Below are positions 29,849-37,647 of a stretch of DNA of 64,000 nt, piece by piece. Numbering within the stretch: the first letter of the stretch is position 1; each line of letters starts with the position of its first letter. A model generated the notes under the pieces. That model was not told the DNA's origin and ran no database searches. It saw only the letters and a list, made by a program, of their open reading frames with translations. This DNA comes from Rhodothermales bacterium. GTDB taxonomy: Bacteria > Bacteroidota > Rhodothermia > Rhodothermales > UBA10348. Made by a program: the position numbers and the translations under genes. The DNA is taken from assembly GCA_029249345.1 (NCBI GenBank), contig JAQWHM010000007.1, positions 29,793 to 93,792 of the forward strand, read 5' to 3'.

Positions 29849-30643
29849 TTAGGCCGACTCTGCAAGCATGTCTCGACGAAGTCGATTAATGATGGTCCGA
29901 AGCCGAGTATACACGTATTTGTGATTATCGAAGTGCATTACGCGGGCAATCTGCTGAGCCCTCATGCCGTGTTCAAAACGAAGCAGAACCAGCAATTGAT
30001 CTTCGGGATCTAGATCTTCAATAGCCTTATTAAGCACGCCAACACGATCCCCTTCAGCGGTTCCTATCTGATCCGGTGGTGGATGAGATCCGGCTGGGGC
30101 AATCCCCATTTCTGATAAATCATCCAGAGATAGCGTTGGGCGGTTGGCACGCAGTGCGGCAAGTAGATGCCATCGCTTGTTTACCGACAGCATCTCGTCA
30201 ATTCTTCCGATGGCCATATGCACCATCTGTTGTGTGCATTCTTTGCCCGTCTTCCCAGATACCAATTCAGGAATCTCAGACTGAGGGACCTGATCTTGAT
30301 AGTAGTAGCGAAAGACTAGCTTCTCTGATTCATTTAGTTTTGAAATCACAGAATTAGGTACCGAAACCATTCGGTTCTTCCGGAACCGGTCACGACAAGC
30401 ATTCGCCACCACCACCGAAAGCCAGGGTGTCAACTCACTATTGATCCGGAATCGTCTGAGGGCCTGATAATCGTTATGCTGGAGACGCTCACATATAGAG
30501 GTATACGTTTCCATCACTTCGTCCGGATCGGACAGAAATCGCCGGATCATGCGTAAAATGATCGGGGTATACTTATCCAAGAGCGTAGAATACCCGGTTA
30601 CAGGGTCCGCCTTAAATTGCTTTATCAACGCCGTATCAGTCAT
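29849..30643 (-). CDS. ECF-like sigma-70 family sigma factor with an extended C-terminus
   Basis: Sigma region 2 (TPWLSVVVANACRDRFRK). It is followed by two segments that each resemble region 4 (LNESEKLVFRYYY...EIPELV... and LDPEDQLLVLLRFEHGMRAQQIARVM...TRLRTIINRLRRD). Confidence 0.75.
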   Translation of the reverse strand: MTDTALIKQFKADPVTGYSTLLDKYTPIILRMIRRFLSDPDEVMETYTSICERLQHNDYQALRRFRINSELTPWLSVVVANACRDRFRKNRMVSVPNSVISKLNESEKLVFRYYYQDQVPQSEIPELVSGKTGKECTQQMVHMAIGRIDEMLSVNKRWHLLAALRANRPTLSLDDLSEMGIAPAGSHPPPDQIGTAEGDRVGVLNKAIEDLDPEDQLLVLLRFEHGMRAQQIARVMHFDNHKYVYTRLRTIINRLRRDMLAESA

Positions 30644-30779
30644 ACCGTTATATGGGAGAGGTCGAAGGAGAGCCCTCAGCTCTCTTTCTCGATTAGTTCT
30701 AGCCTCTCACGAAGCCATCTTTTGCACAAACTTTGTTTGATCCATGGTATTCCGGAGAAACTCCATGGCAGCTTATTGC

Positions 30780-30787
30780 TATATTTG
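30780..30787 (+). promoter_or_regulatory. candidate Bacteroidota-type -7 promoter box (TAnnTTTG) for tRNA-Arg
   Basis: TATATTTG ends 9 nt before the first tRNA nucleotide. No convincing -33 TTG element was seen. Confidence 0.35.
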
Positions 30788-30795
30788 TGACCCTT

Positions 30796-30869
30796 GCGCT
30801 TGTAGCTCAGATGGATAGAGCGTTGGATTCCGGTTCCAGAGGCCGGGGGTTCGAATCCTCCCAAGCGCG
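30796..30869 (+). tRNA. tRNA-Arg (anticodon CCG)
   Basis: Hand-folded cloverleaf: acceptor GCGCTTG/CAAGCGC, D-arm GCTC-AGATGGATA-GAGC, anticodon arm TTGGA-TTCCGGT-TCCAG, 5-nt variable loop, T-arm GGGGG-TTCGAAT-CCTCC, discriminator G. CCA is not encoded. Confidence 0.93.
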
Positions 30870-30892
30870 CAAATCCCGGAAGGGACTTTAGA

Positions 30893-30923
30893 CCCGTTCG
30901 CCCCAAGGCGAGCGGGTTTTTTT
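30893..30923 (+). terminator. intrinsic terminator after tRNA-Arg
   Basis: 10-bp stem CCCGTTCGCC / GGCGAGCGGG (one G-U pair), loop CCAA, followed by 7 T. Confidence 0.75.
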
Positions 30924-31241
30924 GCATGGGAAGAAGGCCAGCTGACAGAATTGTAGCCGAATCCAATCTGAATACAGATTCAAAGCAGGGGAAGATGGAG
31001 AGATACGCGAGGACGTACCTCACCCGAGGGATAACCTGCAAGCGGACAAGAACGTCCGCCCGCCGACTTGGAGGGGATCAACTACCACTTTGAGGGAGCA
31101 AAGGCACTAATAAGACAATGAACTGCTCATGTCTTATCGAAGATGATGCCAAACTCTACCCCATCGCCCCATTTTGGGCAAAATAGCCGTTTTTACTCTT
31201 TCTCGATCTGATTTGTCTCATAAAAAGACAATCAATTCCCG

Positions 31242-32573
31242 TTATGATCCCATTTGATGTAGAGGGCCGGGACGCCCAAACGTAGATACATCATGCAATT
31301 GACCTTCGGATGCAGCGACTACGGTAGCCACTGTTGCATCGCCGGTTACGTTGGTCACGGTGCGACACATATCCAGAATCCGGTCGACTCCAAGAATCAA
31401 CGCGATACCAGCCGCTGGAACACCCACCGCTTCGAGGATAATCACAAGCATGATGATTCCTGCACCAGGAACGGCCGCCGTTCCAATGGATGCGAGTACT
31501 GCGGTGAATACGATGGTGAGTTGGGCGCCAAGATCAAGATCCATTCCAATGGTCTGAGCAATAAAGACGGCAGCAACTGCCTGATACAATCCGGTTCCAT
31601 CCATATTGATCGTGGCGCCCAGTGGCAGCACGAATGAAGAGACTTCTTCAGATACACCTAGTTCTTTCTCACACCGCTCCATGGTAATCGGTAGTGTGGC
31701 ACCGCTTGAGGACGTAGAAAAGGCTACTAACTGGGCCGGAGCCAATGCACGCAGGAACTCGCCCATACGGCGAGGGGTCAGGAATCGAACCATGCTTCCG
31801 TACGTAATCATCATGTGAGCCAACAGCCCTAACAAGACGACAATACAATAGAAACCCAGCGCTCCCAGAAGCTCCATAATTTGCCCGAGATCATCTCCAG
31901 CAATACTTGTGATCGTTCCCGCCATCAGGGCAAAGACTCCGATAGGAGCAAATAGCATGATGATTTCGACCATACGAATGATCATATCATTCAGGCTTTC
32001 GAACAAATCTAGCAAGGGTTTTGCCTTCTCACGGGGAATCATCAGCAATGCGATTCCCGCAAATATCGCGAAGAATACGACCTGCAGCATATTCCTATTT
32101 GAGGAAGCTGCCTCAAAGAAATTGCCGGGTACCATGCTCACGACCGGATCCAGCGGCCCCCTTTCAGCCGCTGCAGCGGCTGTTTCCATGCCGGCAGCAG
32201 CCTGATCCGCAAACGTATTCTGCAGCTTTTGCCGCATTTCTTCAGGTACACCTGCTCCTGGTTCTAAAAGATTGACCAGTACCAAACCAATCACGAGCGC
32301 GACTACCGTCGTTCCGATATAAATCGCGATCGTCTTCCCCCCAATTCGAGATAACTTTTTCAGATCTGAAAGGGAAGCGACACCCGTTACCAACGAAGCC
32401 AGAACCAGAGGTACGGCTATCAGCAATAGAAGACGAAGGAATATTTCTCCCCACGGAGCAATCCAGTCTGATGTGAAACCACTCCAACCCTGTGCGGCAG
32501 CAATTACACCGTAAATGAGCCCTAAAACGAGCCCGATGATAATTTGCCAATGAAGTTTTTTATACCAAGGCAT
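31242..32573 (-). CDS. dicarboxylate/amino acid:cation symporter (DAACS family)
   Basis: Motifs GATLPITM, PLGATINMDGT and VDRILDMCRTVTNVTGD. I prefer the ATG at 32573 (MPWYKKLHWQ...). Confidence 0.85.
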   Translation of the reverse strand: MPWYKKLHWQIIIGLVLGLIYGVIAAAQGWSGFTSDWIAPWGEIFLRLLLLIAVPLVLASLVTGVASLSDLKKLSRIGGKTIAIYIGTTVVALVIGLVLVNLLEPGAGVPEEMRQKLQNTFADQAAAGMETAAAAAERGPLDPVVSMVPGNFFEAASSNRNMLQVVFFAIFAGIALLMIPREKAKPLLDLFESLNDMIIRMVEIIMLFAPIGVFALMAGTITSIAGDDLGQIMELLGALGFYCIVVLLGLLAHMMITYGSMVRFLTPRRMGEFLRALAPAQLVAFSTSSSGATLPITMERCEKELGVSEEVSSFVLPLGATINMDGTGLYQAVAAVFIAQTIGMDLDLGAQLTIVFTAVLASIGTAAVPGAGIIMLVIILEAVGVPAAGIALILGVDRILDMCRTVTNVTGDATVATVVAASEGQLHDVSTFGRPGPLHQMGS

Positions 32574-32681
32574 AGTCAGTACTGGAATGGTCGAAAGAAG
32601 AAGAGAAGTGCTCGGAGCGCTGAGCAAAGAACGCGCTCAATTCCCTACAAATCAAGTGCAATGCTGGTTTGACGAGCAAGC

Positions 32682-33665
32682 TCAAAAACTGAGCACTAAA
32701 CCAGTAACAAGAACGGGGCTACCGTCTGGATCATAGGATAGCCCCAAGCGAGTATCCAAACGGTCATTGTGCAGCTTTGCGCTCACCGCTGCATCTACCG
32801 CTGCAATCAGATGATTGAAGAAAAAAAGCATCGAAATGCGACTTGCTTGTCGCAATGTGTCCTGTGCATCCCCGTGATCCGAAGCATAATCATAAAACGA
32901 GGTAGAAACGTTGGGCTTCGTATCTCCTGGACCTGAAAGCTCAGGATCGATTGCCTGCGTAAACCTTCCTTCCCCATCTTTCCATTCAGGATAATCCTCC
33001 CAACCGGGAGCAAACTGAAAGTACTTTCCGATCAACTCGTAGTATTGTTGATCGGCAAAAGAAGGAAGCTGGTGCGAGAACCGAGCACCCGTCTCTGGAT
33101 GGATGGCTTGTACTTCAATGGCATGAATCTGAGAGATGAGGCCATCAACCTGCGCTCTTTCGCTCGCGGACCAACTATCTGGTTGGGTAAGATCAATACC
33201 GGAAATGAGATCTACGGGAGGAGCTGAAATGGATACACCCAATTCATCTCGGAGATAATCGGCATAATCATTTACCCAGGAAGCATATTTCACTGGACTC
33301 CATGAGCGGTGAGCCCATTTCTGAAACTCTGTTTCTGCATCCAGACCATTTGACCGCAATACAGAATAACCGGTGATAAGAGCCGCTTCAAGAGCTATGG
33401 CCACCCCACCCTTGATGAAAGAGCCATTATATACTTGCCCTGCGCCAGGTACCACGGCGGACAGACCGAAAGCTAGAGGCACACTGCGGGTGCCTGTAAC
33501 CGCCATTCCACGATTCTCTTGCCATGAGGTAGGGCCTCTAAGAATTTCCGACCGCAATTCACTCCTGCTCATCGTGCGAGACGAGGACTCTGAAAGCAAG
33601 CTGGATTGAGCCGTCGCCGACCCCACCAAAAAAAGTAAGATGAATAACCGGAATGTGTGGCTCAT
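32682..33665 (-). CDS. secreted/envelope protein of unknown function (DUF5683-like N-terminal segment)
   Basis: Signal peptide (LFILLFLVGSATAQ), then a GAGQVYNGSFIKGGVAIALEAALITGY hydrophobic block, and a C-terminus GLVLSF. The start overlaps the stop of the upstream TlpA-like gene by 4 nt. Confidence 0.5.
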   Translation of the reverse strand: MSHTFRLFILLFLVGSATAQSSLLSESSSRTMSRSELRSEILRGPTSWQENRGMAVTGTRSVPLAFGLSAVVPGAGQVYNGSFIKGGVAIALEAALITGYSVLRSNGLDAETEFQKWAHRSWSPVKYASWVNDYADYLRDELGVSISAPPVDLISGIDLTQPDSWSASERAQVDGLISQIHAIEVQAIHPETGARFSHQLPSFADQQYYELIGKYFQFAPGWEDYPEWKDGEGRFTQAIDPELSGPGDTKPNVSTSFYDYASDHGDAQDTLRQASRISMLFFFNHLIAAVDAAVSAKLHNDRLDTRLGLSYDPDGSPVLVTGLVLSF

Positions 33666-34336
33666 GCTTCGATTAGAAGAGGCTCAACAGCCCTTTTGAA
33701 AAATTGATAGTCGCGAGCACCCAAAAGATAGCGGCGAACCACTCCTTCCCGGTCAATCACAAATGACGCGGGCCTAATAATAAATGCACCCGTAAATGGA
33801 GTGGGTAGATCAATATCATAGGGCACATATACGCTCTCGGTAACAAGCTCCAAGCGATTTTCAAAGTCTTGCAACAAGAAGCGGTCCTCATCTGAAACCG
33901 AAAGAATTACGAGTCCTTCGTCCCCAAATTCATCCTGTAGACGATTCAGATCGGGAATCTCTGCCAAGCACGGCCCACACCAAGTGGCCCAGAAATTGAT
34001 AATCACAACCTTACCCCGCAAATCTGATAGCGAGGTCTCTACGTCTGAATCCACTGCTTTAAAGGAAAAGTCGCCAGCGGGGACTTCCATGATCATATCC
34101 TGAAAATCACCCACCCCCGCAGACTGTTGGACTACAACGGTCTGCACATTGGCTTTTTTAGACACCAAAATGAGTGCCACAGCAGACACAATCAGTAAAC
34201 AGGAGAGCACAGTACCTACCCATTCGACGATATCTCGAGGTCGTTTGGTCTCGTTATCCTTGAATAGCATCCAAAGGAAGATGACCCCGACGGAAATCAT
34301 CACGAAACTCATTGCTATAACAGTAGAACTGTCCAT
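33662..34336 (-). CDS. membrane-anchored TlpA-like thiol:disulfide oxidoreductase
   Basis: N-terminal TM helices and the thioredoxin motif FWATWCGPC. Confidence 0.8.
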   Translation of the reverse strand: MDSSTVIAMSFVMISVGVIFLWMLFKDNETKRPRDIVEWVGTVLSCLLIVSAVALILVSKKANVQTVVVQQSAGVGDFQDMIMEVPAGDFSFKAVDSDVETSLSDLRGKVVIINFWATWCGPCLAEIPDLNRLQDEFGDEGLVILSVSDEDRFLLQDFENRLELVTESVYVPYDIDLPTPFTGAFIIRPASFVIDREGVVRRYLLGARDYQFFKRAVEPLLIEA

Positions 34337-34347
34337 TAATCTGATCT

Positions 34348-37300
34348 CTACAGTTGGTCAAAATCAAAAAGAATACCCAAGTGCCATTGCCAAGACTCTC
34401 CGTATCGCACGCTGGTGGCTCCGTCCGGAGTCACAAATCCTTCGTCCAATTGGAAATCAAAGGCATCAAGCCCATACGTTGCGCTGATAAAGAGTGCTGT
34501 GGGTAGCAAATAGTACGAACCCAGACCAAAGCGAACCTCTGCACCCACGTCCTTCCGCGCGTTCGTCATACCCGGCCACGAACCGGACCATGCCCAAGCA
34601 GCATCGCCATACAGCTTCAAATACATCTTATCTATGTACGTGAAGAGAAACTGCTTTTTGATACGTGGAAAGATGGGAAACGTATATCCTGCTTGAAGCC
34701 ATAACGTTTCGTTTCCGCCTAACGCGTAGAAAGGATACCCGCGTGCGCCCGTCAACCCCCCTACGTAATCATTGTAAAAGTCGTCTTTTTCAGCTCCTAA
34801 AATCGTAGACGCACGCATTCGGAAGTTCACGCCGTGGATCCCTTTTCCAGGCCACCCACCGAGCTTCATACCTCCCTTGGCACTGAATGAAACTCGCCGA
34901 ACCGTAGACTCTTCGTATACGGGCGACAGCACGCCATCCTCTAGATCAAATCGATTGAGAAGTCTTCCCGTTTCCCGTTCTACCGATAACTCCGCCCGGA
35001 GCCCGTGAGGAACCACATTCATGTCGCGGTGCGAAAAATAGGATTCAAAAATCAGTCTGGAATGAAAGGCCCGACCGATATAATACCGAGATGAACTCGG
35101 TGGAATACCTTGATTTAATTCCTTTGAAAAGAACCGCTTAGTAGTCACTCGATACGGACTATACCGGTATCCTGCGTCGAGCATCAACCATCTAGCGATC
35201 TTACTTTTAGCCATTAAGTCCACTTCCCAGAGATTATAGGCTAGGTCGGCAAGAGTGGTATCCGGATAACATGACGTGCATGGAAATTCTTCTATAGAAA
35301 GTCCGTTCTCTACGTTCCTACGCACATTAAAAAGCTGGGCAGAGAATTGGGGTGCCCAACGCTTATTGATAAACGGCAGCCCCCTAGCGTAATCGACTTG
35401 GATGAAAACGTCTCGTTCCAGATCGAGCAAGCTTGAAGGCGATAGGAAATCGCCAAACGATTTCGCTTCACCAGACCCTGGACCGATTAATACTCCCCCG
35501 AAAAAACTGAGTCCACCAAGCACCTCGCGGGTAGCGGTATAAAATCCCAGTTTTGTGTTGCGCCACAACGTTTCTGCTCTGGTCCGGTCCTTGATGCGAA
35601 CATCCGTTCTACTCCGCTTTCTTGAGACATACTTGTCTAGCCTGAGCACCGGCAGAAACGACATCGATGTAAATACCGGACTATATCCGTCCACAGAATC
35701 CATCTCAGCAGGCGTGAATGCGCGAATACCGGAGTCGTCCCGATTGTTTAAAGCACTACGAAACGCATCGTTCGTTGAGTTCTGAACGCTTTTTGATAGA
35801 ATTGAGGGAGCTTGATAAGCCTGCGGGGAAGCCTCCTCAAGGCCGCTAGACGACACGATTTTATATCCTGAGCCTTCGTATCGACTAAAATACACGGTCC
35901 CGTCTGGAGCATATTCAGCCATGAAAGCACCACCTTGCTCTGCGGTTAGGGCCACATCACCGTTCGCATTACTTCGGTACAGATTGAAGATGCCTGATCG
36001 GTCCGAGGCGAAAACAAGATCGCCGTTGGAATCGAACGTCGGGGTACGTTCATCCCACTTCTCATTCAGTACGGCCTCAGGCTCCCCTCCCTCGCTTCGA
36101 ATGCGATAGATATCCCGGCCATGACCACGACTTAAACCAAAATAAATCCATTCGTCGTCAGGCGTCCAAACAGGTTCAATGACTTGAGATCCGTCGGCAA
36201 ATTGAGTTAAAGCTACCGTAATCTTGTCTTCAAGATTCAATACGTTAAGATTGGTCGAGCCGTCATCATGCGTCACAAAGGCTAAGCGTGTGCCGTCGGC
36301 GGAAACAGCAGGCGAAAAGGCGCGAGCGTTTTCGGTAAGCTGCTCCTTTTCTTTGGTATCGAGGTTCATGGCGTAGATGTCGAGGATCAAACGCCCATCC
36401 GAGGTATCCTTGGTCTTGGAATAAACGAGTCGGCCATCCGCCATCCAGTCGATCGGACCAGATGCGGATGAGACAATTTTGTGACCTTGAGAGCATGTGA
36501 AGGACAAACCATTACCCAACTCAACCTGAGGAATGGCTAGCATGGCTTGCGAACCGTCGGTAAGGTCTTGCACCCAGATTCCAGTTCTACTAAAGTCACC
36601 GCCTTTATTTGAAAGGTAGGCTAGCTTCGTCCCATCGGGTGACACCCGTGCATAAAAGTTGTTGAATCCATCTTCTTCCACATAGGAAAACCCATCGGAC
36701 GCCTCAGGGGCATGATCTTCGTAATGCGTCCGAAGCTCATTCATCCAATCGAGGTACAGCTCTTCACCCCGAATACCGAAGGCATCTTTAGCAGCTTGCT
36801 TAAAATTCCAGTTGGGCCAATTTCCGAGCTCAGCGCTCAGATCTTTTAACCCATCCTCCCCGAATCGATCCGCTAAATACTGTGAGAAGGCGAATCCGTG
36901 ATTATAAACGGATTCTCTCATGAGACTGGTGTGAGAGTAAAACCCGCCCATATCATTTAGACTAAGCTCACTACCTTCGAGAATCTGTGTACGAAGCAGC
37001 ATATCCCGATGAGAATCCCACCGATCGTAGTCCATCCATTCGCGCTGAAACTGAGCCGTTCCTTCGGCAAGCCATGCTGGATTATTGAGTACGGGTAGCG
37101 GATAGGAAGCCAATACATTAGGGAATCCATACAAGACATCTGGACGGCTTACTTCCTCATAATCCAAATACTGCAGGTACATGAACGGAAGATGACGCGA
37201 GGCCTTCATCGTCTTCTGCACCTGAATCATATGAGTAAATTCGTGGGTGATGACGTTTCGAAGCCAATTATGATCACCCCTAAATGGTGTGTTCAAAGCT

Positions 37301-37647
37301 GGAGCCCAAATTTCAATCACGTTATCAAAGAAGTAGGCTGCCCCATTGGAGTAGTCTTCAAAATCTTTGAGAACAAACGACACTTTAGTATCGGGACGAA
37401 GATCGTATAGATCTGTTATCGGGCCATATACATCCTCAGCAATACGAGCGACGACTCGGGCCGTACGACTCCCCTTCCCGGTTTCATCTGAATGAAAATG
37501 CACTAAAAAGTGCTCCGTCTCAACGGTGTACCAGTCCAAACCATTACGAGCAAAATCGGTGTAATACAGCGGTTCCTGCGCATAAGCAGGCACGGCTACG
37601 CTCACCAAGGCTAGCAAAGAGAGGATATATTTGAGAATGGTTTTCAT
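34348..37647 (-). CDS. signal peptide / MA-type zinc-peptidase-like domain / PD40 beta-propeller repeats / Omp85-like C-terminal beta-barrel
   Basis: HEFTH at nt 37231-37245 followed by AEGTAQF (gluzincin-like). There are several PD40/TolB-like repeats (SPDGTKLAYLSN, SADGTRLAFVTH, WTPDDEWIYF, APDGTVYFS). The C-terminal ~450 aa have alternating-hydrophobic strands and Omp85-like blocks (GARGYPFYALGGNETLWLQAGYTFPI, LYGDAAWAW, VGAEVRFGLG). Confidence 0.6.
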   Translation of the reverse strand: MKTILKYILSLLALVSVAVPAYAQEPLYYTDFARNGLDWYTVETEHFLVHFHSDETGKGSRTARVVARIAEDVYGPITDLYDLRPDTKVSFVLKDFEDYSNGAAYFFDNVIEIWAPALNTPFRGDHNWLRNVITHEFTHMIQVQKTMKASRHLPFMYLQYLDYEEVSRPDVLYGFPNVLASYPLPVLNNPAWLAEGTAQFQREWMDYDRWDSHRDMLLRTQILEGSELSLNDMGGFYSHTSLMRESVYNHGFAFSQYLADRFGEDGLKDLSAELGNWPNWNFKQAAKDAFGIRGEELYLDWMNELRTHYEDHAPEASDGFSYVEEDGFNNFYARVSPDGTKLAYLSNKGGDFSRTGIWVQDLTDGSQAMLAIPQVELGNGLSFTCSQGHKIVSSASGPIDWMADGRLVYSKTKDTSDGRLILDIYAMNLDTKEKEQLTENARAFSPAVSADGTRLAFVTHDDGSTNLNVLNLEDKITVALTQFADGSQVIEPVWTPDDEWIYFGLSRGHGRDIYRIRSEGGEPEAVLNEKWDERTPTFDSNGDLVFASDRSGIFNLYRSNANGDVALTAEQGGAFMAEYAPDGTVYFSRYEGSGYKIVSSSGLEEASPQAYQAPSILSKSVQNSTNDAFRSALNNRDDSGIRAFTPAEMDSVDGYSPVFTSMSFLPVLRLDKYVSRKRSRTDVRIKDRTRAETLWRNTKLGFYTATREVLGGLSFFGGVLIGPGSGEAKSFGDFLSPSSLLDLERDVFIQVDYARGLPFINKRWAPQFSAQLFNVRRNVENGLSIEEFPCTSCYPDTTLADLAYNLWEVDLMAKSKIARWLMLDAGYRYSPYRVTTKRFFSKELNQGIPPSSSRYYIGRAFHSRLIFESYFSHRDMNVVPHGLRAELSVERETGRLLNRFDLEDGVLSPVYEESTVRRVSFSAKGGMKLGGWPGKGIHGVNFRMRASTILGAEKDDFYNDYVGGLTGARGYPFYALGGNETLWLQAGYTFPIFPRIKKQFLFTYIDKMYLKLYGDAAWAWSGSWPGMTNARKDVGAEVRFGLGSYYLLPTALFISATYGLDAFDFQLDEGFVTPDGATSVRYGESWQWHLGILFDFDQL

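Noticed and set aside
30676-31041. 121-aa minus-strand ORF in the track
   Set aside because: It runs antisense straight through the tRNA-Arg gene and its terminator and has no recognisable protein features. Treated as a chance ORF.
30996-31094. 32-codon Arg-rich ORF (MERYARTYLTRGITCKRTRTSARRLGGDQLPL) downstream of tRNA-Arg
   Set aside because: There is no ribosome-binding context that I can see and no resemblance to known small basic ribosomal proteins. It lies after a strong terminator. Kept only as part of the unassigned-region finding.
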